Source: Acidobacteriota bacterium (GTDB taxonomy: Bacteria > Acidobacteriota > Vicinamibacteria > Vicinamibacterales > UBA2999). Taken from it: a stretch of DNA of 55,401 bases. The notes under the pieces are model-generated. The model saw nothing but the letters and a program-made list of their open reading frames with translations, had not been told where the DNA came from and did no database searches. Numbering within the stretch: position 1 is the stretch's first letter; each line of letters starts with the position of its first letter. Location of the stretch: NCBI GenBank assembly GCA_016213695.1, contig JACQZV010000038.1, forward strand, positions 1-55,401, written 5' to 3'. Below, one piece after another: positions 45,842 through 55,400 of this stretch. The position numbers and the translations under genes were made by a program.

Positions 45842-46285
45842 TCACTTCCTGCCGGTGTCGGCGTCCGGATCGTACCGGGTCTTGCCTCCCGCATCTCCAC
45901 CAAGCTGCGTATCGTGCAGCTCAGAGCCGTCGGCGAGCACGATCTTCTGCAGGCGGCCGGCCGGGTTGCCGTTCTTGGCGACGTACATCCTGACGGTGAT
46001 GACGTCGCCGGGCGTTACCGACGCCTTGGTCCAGCCAATCAGCCGGAGCGCCTGCGGCGCCGCCGTCTCGACGACCATGTGCACGACGGCGCCCTTGGCA
46101 TCCTTGGCGTCGAAATTGATGAGCGCGTGGGGATTGGCCCAGGCGAACTGCGTGACGGTCGCCTGTTTGAACTCGGTGATCGTGTCCTCGTAGGCCGCAT
46201 TGCCATGATGCGCCAGCGCGGGGGCGCTCACCATCGTCAGAAGGCCAAGGCCCAACGCCGACGTCACGAGAAGCTTGGCTGTCAT
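45842..46285 (-). CDS. DUF6152-like periplasmic protein, copy 5 (mature part near-identical to copy 3)
   Basis: GAGGT RBS; ALA then HHGNAAYED...RYDPDAD. Confidence 0.83.
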   Translation of the reverse strand: MTAKLLVTSALGLGLLTMVSAPALAHHGNAAYEDTITEFKQATVTQFAWANPHALINFDAKDAKGAVVHMVVETAAPQALRLIGWTKASVTPGDVITVRMYVAKNGNPAGRLQKIVLADGSELHDTQLGGDAGGKTRYDPDADTGRK

Positions 46286-46307
46286 GTCGTACCTCATCAC
46301 ACTCGAT

Positions 46308-47480
46308 TCATCGCGGCGGCGCCGGCCTGGCAAACCTCGCCGTGTCGATCGCCGCATTCGGTTGCACGGACACCACGTTGATCGTAAATTGACCGTCCAC
46401 CCACGTCACCTGCCAGCTGAACGGAATCTTCACGTCGACGCCGGGAAGCGCGCGGTAATCGGAATAGACGATGTGCGTAGGAATGGTACCGACTGCCGTC
46501 GTGGCGTAGCGCGTCTGCCGCACCAGCAGGCCTGATGCCTTGTCGAAGTACAGCTTCACGCGCGTGCCGTCGGGCATCGATCCCTGCACCACCTGGACGG
46601 GCTGGTCGTCGATGGTGGCGGGCGGAAAATCGGCGCGCCAGTTCGTGAGCAGCTGCGCGATCTGGCCCGGGAAGAACAACTGCGCGTCGAGACGCGCCCC
46701 GCCGAGGTCGGCCCCGACCAGTGGCATCAGCGGAACCGGCGCCAGCGTGGTCGGCGCGGCGAGCCATCCCTCGCGGCCGTCGTACGTGGAGGTGGCGTCG
46801 CCGCCTGTCATGTGCACGACGGTCGCGCGGAGGTTCGGCGCCTTCGCGTAGACGTCCACCGGGACTTTGACGAAATCGGAATCGAAGCCTTCGTAGGTCC
46901 CTTTCGCGGTGACGCTCGTGAGCTTCGCCAGCGCCTGCGCGCCGCCGAGCGCCTGGAGGTACCTGTCGAGAATCTGATCCGGCGCAGCGGTCTGACGCGC
47001 CCCCGGCAGCACCTCGATTTCGTCGGGGTCGTCGGCCGGCGGCTCGCCGTATTGCGCGGCGAGACTTGGAATGACCTTCGGGCGCTGGCTGCCGCGATGG
47101 CAGGTATAGCAGGTGACCGACGGCCGTCGTCCGAAGTTGGCATCGTTGATCGTCTTCACCATCGCCATCATCTGGCGGGTTCTGTTTTTCAACGGCGTGT
47201 CGATCGCGTAGTTCGCCCAGTCGCTCGCGCTCGCGCCGCCATGACAGTCGGTGCAGTTCAAGCTGAGCGACGCCGAAAAGAAGCCCATCGTGCCCATGAA
47301 TTCCTTGACGGGGATGCCGCGCAGGACGCGCACGTTCTTGAACACGTCTTCCGATAGCTGCGGCTTCTGATCGCCTGGCTGGCCGGATGGGCGGACCTGC
47401 GCGGAGACGCCGGCGGCGAGCAGCACACAGGCCGTCGCCAGTCCCAGTCCGTAGACGACGGTCCCCCGACTGAGGTTCAT
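46308..47480 (-). CDS. PufC-family diheme cytochrome c fused to a LolA-like beta domain
   Basis: FKNVRVL, M...SLSLNCTDCH, RQMMAMV..IN, VTCYTCHRG; C-domain ILDRYLQALGG...YSDYR. Confidence 0.85.
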   Translation of the reverse strand: MNLSRGTVVYGLGLATACVLLAAGVSAQVRPSGQPGDQKPQLSEDVFKNVRVLRGIPVKEFMGTMGFFSASLSLNCTDCHGGASASDWANYAIDTPLKNRTRQMMAMVKTINDANFGRRPSVTCYTCHRGSQRPKVIPSLAAQYGEPPADDPDEIEVLPGARQTAAPDQILDRYLQALGGAQALAKLTSVTAKGTYEGFDSDFVKVPVDVYAKAPNLRATVVHMTGGDATSTYDGREGWLAAPTTLAPVPLMPLVGADLGGARLDAQLFFPGQIAQLLTNWRADFPPATIDDQPVQVVQGSMPDGTRVKLYFDKASGLLVRQTRYATTAVGTIPTHIVYSDYRALPGVDVKIPFSWQVTWVDGQFTINVVSVQPNAAIDTARFARPAPPR

Positions 47481-47678
47481 CTCATGTCCTTCCTGTGTGG
47501 CTGTGGTGCGCGCGCGCCGGAACTATACCTCCGGCGCCGTGGCCTGTCCAAATCACGCCCGCGCCGTTCCGGTAGCCTTGAAAGGACGTTTCGGTCAAAC
47601 TAGGCCGTCACGCGGTGAAGTGGCCCCGGGGGCGTGGCCCGCGGGCGGCGTCACCGACGATGACGGGAGGACTCAGTC

Positions 47679-48422
47679 ATGCGGATTTTCCTCTTGTGGC
47701 TGCTCGTATCCGTGTCGCTCGTCGCCCAGCAGCCGGCCGGCCGCGGCGCCGGTCCCGCGCCGACGTACAAGAACGTGAAGCTGCTGGCGGCCAACGCCGA
47801 CGTCCCGTTCATCATGCGCAGCTTCAACGAAGCGCTGGGCGTGCAGTGCACGTACTGTCATATGGAAGGGGACTTTGCCGCCGAGGGCAATCCCAAGAAG
47901 GAGATGGCGCGCCGGATGATCGGCATGGTGCGCGTCATCGATACGAGCTTTCCGAGCGGCAACGGGGTGTTCCCGGAGGGGTACCACGAAGTGGACTGCC
48001 TCACGTGCCATCGCGGCAGCGTGAAGCCGGAGACCGTGGCGCCACGGAAGTACTACAACCGCGGCAACTCGCTCGGTGACGGGCCGTTCGCGCAGACGCC
48101 CGGCATCAGCCTGAAACTGCTGCCTCCGAACACTCCCGTGCACGGTCCTGATTCGCTCATGGGTGAATTCCGCGACGCCCTCAACGTGGATTGCGCCTAT
48201 TGCCACGGCGGCGACAGGCCGCAGCAGACCGATGTCAACCCGCGCAAGGACCTCGCGCGCAAGATGATCATGCTGGTCCGTCAGATCAACGCGAACTTCC
48301 CGGGCACGGGCGTCTTCCCGGTGGGACCGCAGGTCGTGACCTGCTATACCTGCCACCGCGGCGACCCGCATCCCGTGAGCCTGGCCAACAGGCGGTACGA
48401 CCTGCCGGCCGCCAGGCCCTGA
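47679..48422 (+). CDS. PufC-family tetraheme cytochrome c (internally duplicated diheme unit)
   Basis: Signal peptide; CTYCH, CLTCH, CAYCH, CYTCH; ARRMIGM / ARKMIML. Confidence 0.9.
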   Translation: MRIFLLWLLVSVSLVAQQPAGRGAGPAPTYKNVKLLAANADVPFIMRSFNEALGVQCTYCHMEGDFAAEGNPKKEMARRMIGMVRVIDTSFPSGNGVFPEGYHEVDCLTCHRGSVKPETVAPRKYYNRGNSLGDGPFAQTPGISLKLLPPNTPVHGPDSLMGEFRDALNVDCAYCHGGDRPQQTDVNPRKDLARKMIMLVRQINANFPGTGVFPVGPQVVTCYTCHRGDPHPVSLANRRYDLPAARP

Positions 48423-48475
48423 TTCCCGCGCCAGGTGTGTTGGCGCAGACACGGATGCATTCAACGAGGACGTGT

Positions 48476-49714
48476 ATGAGTGAACGGAGATGGCAATCGC
48501 CGGTGAGCGTCACGCTGGCCCTGGGCGTGGGGCTGGCGCTCGGTGCGCTGGGCACCTGGTCGCTCGGGGCGGCTCGAGCAGCGGCCGCGGCCGGTCTCGG
48601 ACAGGGTCAGGCGCCGGCGGCCCTGCCGCAGGGCGCGCTCGCGTCCAACACCAACGTGATCTCGTCCGCCTACGAGCCCGTTGATGGAAAGGGCGGAGAA
48701 GAGGTCAGCGGGCCCTACCAGGTCGTCAAGGGCTGGCCCCAGCCGGTCGTCGAGGGCTGGACGATCAACGCCGAGACGATGTACGCCGAGTCGCCAGACC
48801 GCATCATCGCCGTCGGACGCGGCACGCGTAAGAGCCCATGGACGACGTTCTGGGGGCCGGCCGCGTTTCGCAACCTCGGCAGGCCCGTTCCGCCCGCCGA
48901 GCAGAAGCAGCAGCGCATGATCGTCGTCTACAACCGCCAGGGCAAGGTGGTCGAGTCGTGGGATCAGTGGAGCCCGCTGCTCGTGGACGTACAACTCGTC
49001 CAGGAGAACCCGTACGATCCCGAACACCATATCTGGATTGCGACGGATGAATCCCTGGTGGAGTTGACGCGCGACGGCAAGACGCACGTCAAGACGATCG
49101 ACGTGAAGGACATCCCTCCGGCCGAGACCCAGAACGGCAACTTCGTCGTGGAGTTCTTCGCCTTCGCGTCGAATGGTGATCTGTGGGCCGCCGGCGGCCA
49201 CCGGATGGTCAGGTTTTCGAAAGACGGAAAGTTCGTGTCGGCGTTCGGGAAGGCGGGCACCGGACCCGGCGAGTTCGGCATCGTTGGAGAGGGACTGCAC
49301 GGAAACGGCATTCACGGCGTCGCCATCGACTCGAACCGAAACCGGATGTACGTGGTCGATCGCGTCAATTCCCGGGTCGACATCTTCGACCTGAGCGGAC
49401 GGTTCCTCGACCAGTGGCCGAACATCGTCGGCGCCTACGGCATCCGGCTGACCGCGGATGGCCGGTACGCCTGGGTCAATGACGGGTACACCCAGAAGGT
49501 CATGAAATACGACGCGCTCACCGGGAAGCTCGTCCCCGGTTCAACGTGGGGAACGATGGGCATCGCGCCGGGAGCCATCTGGGGCTTCCACTTCTTCACG
49601 ACCGACAGCGAAGGCAACCTCTACGTCGGCGAGGACATGGCATACCGCATCCAGAAGTTTGTGCCCAGGAAGGACGGGAATCCCGTCCAGATCATCGGGG
49701 CTCTGATGCAGTGA
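48476..49714 (+). CDS. Exported NHL-repeat beta-propeller (PAL-like)
   Basis: GPYQVVKGWP; FGKAGTGPGEF; HGVAID...YVVDRVNSRV; DSEGNLYVGE. Confidence 0.85.
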   Translation: MSERRWQSPVSVTLALGVGLALGALGTWSLGAARAAAAAGLGQGQAPAALPQGALASNTNVISSAYEPVDGKGGEEVSGPYQVVKGWPQPVVEGWTINAETMYAESPDRIIAVGRGTRKSPWTTFWGPAAFRNLGRPVPPAEQKQQRMIVVYNRQGKVVESWDQWSPLLVDVQLVQENPYDPEHHIWIATDESLVELTRDGKTHVKTIDVKDIPPAETQNGNFVVEFFAFASNGDLWAAGGHRMVRFSKDGKFVSAFGKAGTGPGEFGIVGEGLHGNGIHGVAIDSNRNRMYVVDRVNSRVDIFDLSGRFLDQWPNIVGAYGIRLTADGRYAWVNDGYTQKVMKYDALTGKLVPGSTWGTMGIAPGAIWGFHFFTTDSEGNLYVGEDMAYRIQKFVPRKDGNPVQIIGALMQ

Positions 49715-49748
49715 CGGCCGGACGGACGAGTGCCCCGAACGCGCGCGC

Positions 49749-50405
49749 TCAGCGGCCCTGAATCGGCGTGGGCGGGGCGTCCGGCTCGTTGTAGTTCATG
49801 AACTGATAGCGGATCTTCGTCCCGTTCTCATCGAGCCATCCGATTGACTGCTGGAAGATCGTCGGCGGGGGATACCCCCTGGGCACGGTCGCCTCGGCAA
49901 TGACCAGCCTGTTCGCGTGCATGTAGATGGACGCAAAGGTACCGGACTGATCGGCGTTGTTGGTGAGCTGCACCACCATTCCTGCCACAAGGTCCGAGAA
50001 ATTCGAGAGCACGCTCGTGATCTTTGCGTCTCGTTCCAGGTACTTCGACATCGCATAGACGACGGCGCTTCGTACGTCAGTCTTCCAGTAACCAAGACCG
50101 TACGCGTGAATCGCCAGATCCAGGGCGGGCAGGGCTCGTGATCGCTCCGAGAGGAGGCGCTCGATCGGGTTGTAATCGACCACGGTCACCGAGTAACGGC
50201 CGGACCCTTGCGTGCCGCTGTAGATCCGCGCCGGGAGGATGGCGCTGAACTGCGACTTCCAGGTCGTTTCCGTGATCGTCGGTTGACCCGGGAAGGTGAC
50301 GGTGAAGCGATCGTCCCGGCTGGCAAACTCGGTCCATTCCTGGGCGAACGACGTCCCCGACATGGCGAGGACCAGGGCTGACGAAAGGAGCGGTAGCAGG
50401 CGCAT
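49749..50405 (-). CDS. Secreted hypothetical protein
   Basis: Signal peptide ending SFA-QEW; FTVTFPGQP; GGAGA RBS. Confidence 0.75.
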   Translation of the reverse strand: MRLLPLLSSALVLAMSGTSFAQEWTEFASRDDRFTVTFPGQPTITETTWKSQFSAILPARIYSGTQGSGRYSVTVVDYNPIERLLSERSRALPALDLAIHAYGLGYWKTDVRSAVVYAMSKYLERDAKITSVLSNFSDLVAGMVVQLTNNADQSGTFASIYMHANRLVIAEATVPRGYPPPTIFQQSIGWLDENGTKIRYQFMNYNEPDAPPTPIQGR

Positions 50406-50434
50406 GTATCGTTTCTCCGGCGTCGCGACCGGGT

Positions 50435-51136
50435 TCAGTTCCTGAACTCGACGGTCGTCTTCAATGTATTGCTGTCGATCCCGGCCGAATCAGTGACCCG
50501 TACCTGCAGATCGCATGGACCGGCGGCGGGGATGCCGCCAGCGGCTGTGCGCAGGTTGGGAAGGACGGCGCGCACGACACCGGCGCTCACCGTGCCCCTG
50601 ACCGCGCCGACGAGTGGTTCGCCGCCGCATCCGGCGGTAAACCAGATATACAGTTCATCGCCAAGATCGCCGGCCGCGTCAGCGGCAGCCAGTTGCAGTG
50701 CCACCGCCGGCTGATTCGCCTGTGGCGGCACGATTCTGAGATCGGAGATCGTGGGAAGGTGAGTCGGCACCGAGATCGTTGCGGGAGCGGTACGACCCGC
50801 CCGCATCACCAGTACCAAGGAGCGATCTCCCAGAGGCGCGTCCTTCGCGACGTCGAGGCTGATCTCCCACCATCCGACGGCCTGTTCCGTCTGGCTTCCG
50901 GTCCCCTTGATGCCGGAGATCGTCACCCCGGTTGACGGTGAGATCTCGGCGGCCTGGACCGCGTCCGGGCTGACAATCGCCACGTTGACGACGGTTGTCC
51001 GACCGCGTGCCACGTGTCGCGGATAGACCGTCTCGATTCCGATTCGCGGCGACTGTGCCCCTTGTCCAAGAGCGGACCCGGCAGACAGGAGGGAGACCGT
51101 GGCTCCGACGACCGCGCGCACCCGATAGCGTTTCAT
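50435..51136 (-). CDS. Secreted hypothetical protein, Ig/IPT-like beta-sandwich
   Basis: Signal peptide; IETVYPRHVARG; beta-rich; one Cys pair. Confidence 0.65.
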   Translation of the reverse strand: MKRYRVRAVVGATVSLLSAGSALGQGAQSPRIGIETVYPRHVARGRTTVVNVAIVSPDAVQAAEISPSTGVTISGIKGTGSQTEQAVGWWEISLDVAKDAPLGDRSLVLVMRAGRTAPATISVPTHLPTISDLRIVPPQANQPAVALQLAAADAAGDLGDELYIWFTAGCGGEPLVGAVRGTVSAGVVRAVLPNLRTAAGGIPAAGPCDLQVRVTDSAGIDSNTLKTTVEFRN

Positions 51137-51265
51137 GCAGCGGGCAGTATCTAGGCGGTGGCTTGCGTTGTCAACGTGACGGGCGGAGAGTATTGCCGCC
51201 CGGCAGTCCCGGGCCTACAATCCTGGGCAACCGAAATGTCCGCGTTCTCTCGTCAGGAGACGGAA

Positions 51266-51931
51266 ATGAGATTCTTGCGAATTCTGGCAGGTCTGCTGGT
51301 GGTGATGTCCGGAGCGGCCGGAGCGGTGGGAGCGGCGTCACAGGCGTCCCGGGCCGCGCTGCCACAGGATATCCATCCCGAGACGGGCAACCGTTTTCCA
51401 GCGCTCAAGCGGGAAGCGCTCAACGACGAGGGGAAGAAACTTTACGACACGAGGGGAGTAGTGGATGCCTTCGGGCCGGGCGCGATACGGCTCTACAGCC
51501 CCCCGGTGGCCGCGGCCATGACCGGTGTGAACGACTATCTGCGGCGCAAGTCCGGTCTCGAGCCGCGCCTCGTGGAATTGGCCATCCTGGTCACGGCGCG
51601 GGAAATGGACTGCGAGTATGTGTGGACCGCGCACGAACCTGCCGCGCAGAAGGCGGGCCTGGCGCAGGCAGTCATCGACACCGTGAAATACCGCAGACCG
51701 CTGACGACGCTGGGAGACAAAGAGGCGGTCATCGTGCAGCTGGGCCGTGATGCGATCTCGAAACACAAGGTGGGCTCGGATACGTTCGCCCGCGCCGTGA
51801 AACTGTTTGGACACCAGGGCGTCGTCAATGTGGTGTCCCTGATGGGCGACTATGCGGCGACCACGATGTTGTTGAATGTGTCCGACCAGCACGTGCGTCC
51901 CAAAGACAAGTCGCTGCTGCCGATACCGTGA
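51266..51931 (+). CDS. Carboxymuconolactone decarboxylase/AhpD-fold protein with signal peptide
   Basis: AGGAG RBS; LEPRLVELAILVTAREMDCEYVWTAH; G..GVV..V..MGDY. Confidence 0.82.
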   Translation: MRFLRILAGLLVVMSGAAGAVGAASQASRAALPQDIHPETGNRFPALKREALNDEGKKLYDTRGVVDAFGPGAIRLYSPPVAAAMTGVNDYLRRKSGLEPRLVELAILVTAREMDCEYVWTAHEPAAQKAGLAQAVIDTVKYRRPLTTLGDKEAVIVQLGRDAISKHKVGSDTFARAVKLFGHQGVVNVVSLMGDYAATTMLLNVSDQHVRPKDKSLLPIP

Positions 51932-51971
51932 AGCTGGCCGGCAGGCGCAGCGATCGGCTTCGTCTCACGCC

Positions 51972-52259
51972 ATGGGCCCGGCGCCGACCATCACGCTCCA
52001 TGTCCCGGGCCCGCTGCGCGTGTACTGTGCGGGCGCGGAGCAGCTCTCGATTGCGGCGGACACCGTGCGCGCCGCGCTCGAGAACCTCGAGCGCAGCCAG
52101 TCCGCGCTGTATCGCAATGTCTGTGACGAAACGGGGACGGTGCGCCGGCACCTCAACGTGTTCGTGAACTCGGATAACGTGCGCGACCTCGACGGGGTCG
52201 ACACGACGCTGGCGGCCGGGGACGTGGTCACGATCCTGCCGGCGGTCTCAGGAGGTTGA
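51972..52259 (+). CDS. MoaD/ThiS ubiquitin-like protein
   Basis: NVFVN...GDVVTILPAVSGG with C-terminal GG. Confidence 0.92.
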   Translation: MGPAPTITLHVPGPLRVYCAGAEQLSIAADTVRAALENLERSQSALYRNVCDETGTVRRHLNVFVNSDNVRDLDGVDTTLAAGDVVTILPAVSGG

Positions 52260-52260
52260 C

Positions 52261-53373
52261 GTGGCGGATCGAGTCATGCTCACCATCGGCACGAAGAAAG
52301 GCGTGTTTGTCGCGGAGGCCGCGAAACCGAGGCGCAGCTTTGCGCTGCGCGGACCGTTCGGTCCCGGCGTCCCTGTGTATGCGACGCTGATTGACACCCG
52401 CGGCACGCCGCGCCTCTATGCCTCGAGCTGCAATCCGTTCTTCGGCATGAAGGTGCTGCGTTCGACAAACATGGGGAAGAGTTTCGAGGAGACGAAGTCG
52501 GCGCCGGCGTTTCCCAAAGAGGATGGACGCGCGCTCGCCAACATCTGGTCGCTCGAGCCCGGCCGCGGCAGGAAGGAACTGTGGTGCGGCGTCGAGCCGG
52601 CGTCGCTGTTCAGGAGCCAGGATGCCGGCGATTCGTGGGAGATGGTGCCCGGTATCAGCAACCACGAGCACGCGCGCAAGTGGCAGCCCGGCAACGGCGG
52701 GCTCTGCATGCACACGATCATTCGCGACGGCAACCGCGTGCACCTCGGCATCTCGACCGGCGGGCATTATGTGAGCGAGGACGGCGGCGGCACGTTCCGG
52801 GCGGCCAATCAGGGCGTCGGCGCCGGCTTCGCGCCCGATCCCTATCCCGAGTTCGGGCAGTGCGTGCACAAGATCGCGCGGCATGATGACGCGCCCGGCC
52901 GGCTGTACATGCAGAACCACGGCGGATGGGCCGAGTGGAGCGGGCCCGGAGGCCCCCGGCCGGACATCGGCGTGCTGCGCAGCGACGACTACGGCCACTC
53001 GTGGCGATCGATCGCCAAAGGGCTGCCGTCCGACTTCGGATTTCCGATCGTGGTCCACCCGCACGACGCCGACACGGTCTACGTCATGCCTCTTGAGCCG
53101 TCGACGCGGTCCTGTCCAGGCGGCGCGCCCGCGGTGTGGCGCAGCGAAAATGGCGGCGACTCGTGGAGCCGGCTCGCGCGCGGGCTGCCGAAAAAGCAGA
53201 GCTACTTCACGATCCAGCGCGACGCGATGGACATCGACCGGCTCAAGACGCCCGCGCTCTACTTCGGCACAACCACCGGTCAGCTCTGGATCGGGCGGGA
53301 GGGCGGTGAGAAGTGGGACTGCCTGTTCGATGCGCTGCCCCCGATCCACAACGTCAAGGTCGCGGTCGTCTGA
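52261..53373 (+). CDS. BNR/Asp-box beta-propeller (sialidase-fold) protein
   Basis: IGTKKG; repeated S.D.G..W/F Asp-boxes; CVHK; QNHGG; SDFGFP; cytoplasmic; coupled to the MoaD-like gene. Confidence 0.88.
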   Translation: MADRVMLTIGTKKGVFVAEAAKPRRSFALRGPFGPGVPVYATLIDTRGTPRLYASSCNPFFGMKVLRSTNMGKSFEETKSAPAFPKEDGRALANIWSLEPGRGRKELWCGVEPASLFRSQDAGDSWEMVPGISNHEHARKWQPGNGGLCMHTIIRDGNRVHLGISTGGHYVSEDGGGTFRAANQGVGAGFAPDPYPEFGQCVHKIARHDDAPGRLYMQNHGGWAEWSGPGGPRPDIGVLRSDDYGHSWRSIAKGLPSDFGFPIVVHPHDADTVYVMPLEPSTRSCPGGAPAVWRSENGGDSWSRLARGLPKKQSYFTIQRDAMDIDRLKTPALYFGTTTGQLWIGREGGEKWDCLFDALPPIHNVKVAVV

Positions 53374-53396
53374 GGCCTTCAGAAGGAGGAGTTCTC

Positions 53397-54959
53397 ATGG
53401 TACGAAAGTCACACGTTGTCGTCGCCGTCCTGGGCCTGCTGGTGTTGACGGTCGGACCGGCTGCCGCCCAGGATGCCAGGGCGGTCCTGCAGGCGGCGTC
53501 CAAGGCGATGGGGAATCCGAAATCGGTGCAGATGACCGGCGCCGGCTGGAACGCGGCCGTCGGCCAGAGCTTCACGCAGGAAGAGGACTGGCCGCGTTTC
53601 GAGGTGACGCGGTACGTGCGGACCATCGACTTCGAGGCCGGCACGTCGCGCGAGGAGTTCACGCGCAGGCAGGGAACCTTTCCGCCGAGGGGCGGCGGCG
53701 GCACACCCCTGCAGGGCGAGCAGCAGCAGGTGCTCGTCGTCAGCGGGAACAGCGCCTGGAACGTCGTGGACGGGAAGCCGGTGCCCCAGCCGGGACAGTA
53801 TCTCGCCGGGGTGCCGATTGCGGAGTTCCGGCAGCTCGATATCCTGCTGACACCGCACGGATTCCTCCGGGCGGCGATGACCGCAAAGGACGCCACGGCC
53901 ATCTCGCTCACACTCGGGTCGCCGACGGGCGAAGTGACGCCAAACGGGAAGGCGACGCTCGTCTCGTTCACGGTGATGGGGAAGTACAAGGTCGTCGGAA
54001 CGTTCGACGATCAGAACCTGCTCGCGCTCGTGCACACGTGGGTTCCGAACCCTGTCTACGGGGACATGCTGTACGAGCTGCGCTATCTCAACTACAAGGA
54101 CTTCGGTGGCGTCAAGTTCCCCACGGTGCTCCACATCCACCAGGGCGACCCGCGGCTGATGGTGGCGCATAACTCCATGGAGATCACGCTGAGCAACGTC
54201 CAGCCGAACATCGCTGTTCCGGCGATCGCGGTGCCGGCGGAGGTGCAGAAGGCGACCGCGCCGCCCGAGCGTGCGGAGTCACAGAAGCTGGCGGACGGCG
54301 TCTGGCTCGTGGCCGGCGGGACGCACAACAGCCTCGCCGTGGACTTCCGCGATTTCGTGACCGTGATCGAAGCGCCGCTGAACGAAGCGCGCTCCCTCGC
54401 CGTGCTGGCGGAAGTGGGCCGGCTCATCCCCAACAAGCCGATCCGCTACGTCGTCAATACGCACCACCACTTCGATCACTCGGGCGGGCTTCGCACCTAT
54501 CTCGCCCAGGGCGCGACGGTCGTGAGCCACCAGGCCAATCGTGACTTTCTCGAGGACGTGCTGTTCAGCCCCGGGGCGCGCACGATGATGCCCGACCGGT
54601 TCTCCACGTTCTATCCGTATTTCAGCGGAGGCCGGCGGCCGCTGCCGATTGAGACGGTCAACCAGAAGTACGTGATCAGCGACGGCGTGCGGACTCTCGA
54701 TCTGTACCCGATGCAGGGGCTCAACCATCACGGGGGCATGCTGCTCGCCTACTTCCCGAAGGAACGGATCCTGGTGAACGCCGACCTGTACTCGCCGCCG
54801 GCGCAGGGCGCCACGCCGCCGGCGCCGAACGCCAACATGAGAAGCCTTCAGCAGAACATCCAGCGGCTGAAGCTCGATGTGGCGCAGCACGTGCCGATCC
54901 ACGGGCAGCCGGGGCCGGCGGATATGTTCGTGCAGATTGTTGGCAAAGGAACAAACTAG
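53397..54959 (+). CDS. Exported MBL-fold hydrolase with N-terminal beta domain
   Basis: AGGAGGAG RBS; signal peptide; VIEAP, NTHHHFDHSGG, NH, ADL, PIHG. Confidence 0.88.
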   Translation: MVRKSHVVVAVLGLLVLTVGPAAAQDARAVLQAASKAMGNPKSVQMTGAGWNAAVGQSFTQEEDWPRFEVTRYVRTIDFEAGTSREEFTRRQGTFPPRGGGGTPLQGEQQQVLVVSGNSAWNVVDGKPVPQPGQYLAGVPIAEFRQLDILLTPHGFLRAAMTAKDATAISLTLGSPTGEVTPNGKATLVSFTVMGKYKVVGTFDDQNLLALVHTWVPNPVYGDMLYELRYLNYKDFGGVKFPTVLHIHQGDPRLMVAHNSMEITLSNVQPNIAVPAIAVPAEVQKATAPPERAESQKLADGVWLVAGGTHNSLAVDFRDFVTVIEAPLNEARSLAVLAEVGRLIPNKPIRYVVNTHHHFDHSGGLRTYLAQGATVVSHQANRDFLEDVLFSPGARTMMPDRFSTFYPYFSGGRRPLPIETVNQKYVISDGVRTLDLYPMQGLNHHGGMLLAYFPKERILVNADLYSPPAQGATPPAPNANMRSLQQNIQRLKLDVAQHVPIHGQPGPADMFVQIVGKGTN

Positions 54960-54983
54960 CTCCATGAGTCGATCGCCGACAGG

Positions 54984-55400
54984 TCAGCGCGTGACGTAGG
55001 TACGTAACGCGCCGAGGCTGTCGATAATCAGATCGGGGCGGACCGGGCACGCGACGGGCAGACCGGTCCGCCCCGTATCAACCCAGACGCCGGTCAGGCC
55101 GAGCGTCTGTGGCTGCCCGACGTCCCATTCCAGATTGTCGCCAACCATCCAGGCCTGCTCCGGCGCCACGGCGAGCTCCCGCAGCGCGAGCTGGTAGATT
55201 CGCGCGTCGGGTTTGCCGAAGCCCAGCTCCCCCTCGACGAGAATCAGATCGACGAGCGGCTGCAGTCCGAAGCGCTCGATCTTCTGACGCTGCGCGCCGG
55301 CCGCGCCGTTGGTGACGAGCGCCAGCCGGCACCCGGCCTCGCGCAGCCATTTCAGCGTGCCGATCGCGTCCGGAAACAGGGCCGTCCGCTCGTCGCGACA
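54984..55400 (-). CDS. HAD-family hydrolase, 3' part (start outside window)
   Basis: LFPDA...LALVTNG...QRQKIERFGL...GKPDARIY...MVGDNLEWDV. Confidence 0.88.
   Translation of the reverse strand, partial: CRDERTALFPDAIGTLKWLREAGCRLALVTNGAAGAQRQKIERFGLQPLVDLILVEGELGFGKPDARIYQLALRELAVAPEQAWMVGDNLEWDVGQPQTLGLTGVWVDTGRTGLPVACPVRPDLIIDSLGALRTYVTR

Noticed and set aside
46308-48422. Evidence for phototrophy
   Set aside because: PufC-like heme motifs alone are insufficient; no reaction-centre or bacteriochlorophyll genes present
37528-51200. Genomic island integrated at tRNA-Arg
   Set aside because: Accessory-looking content, but I found no integrase and no duplicated tRNA 3' end in the window
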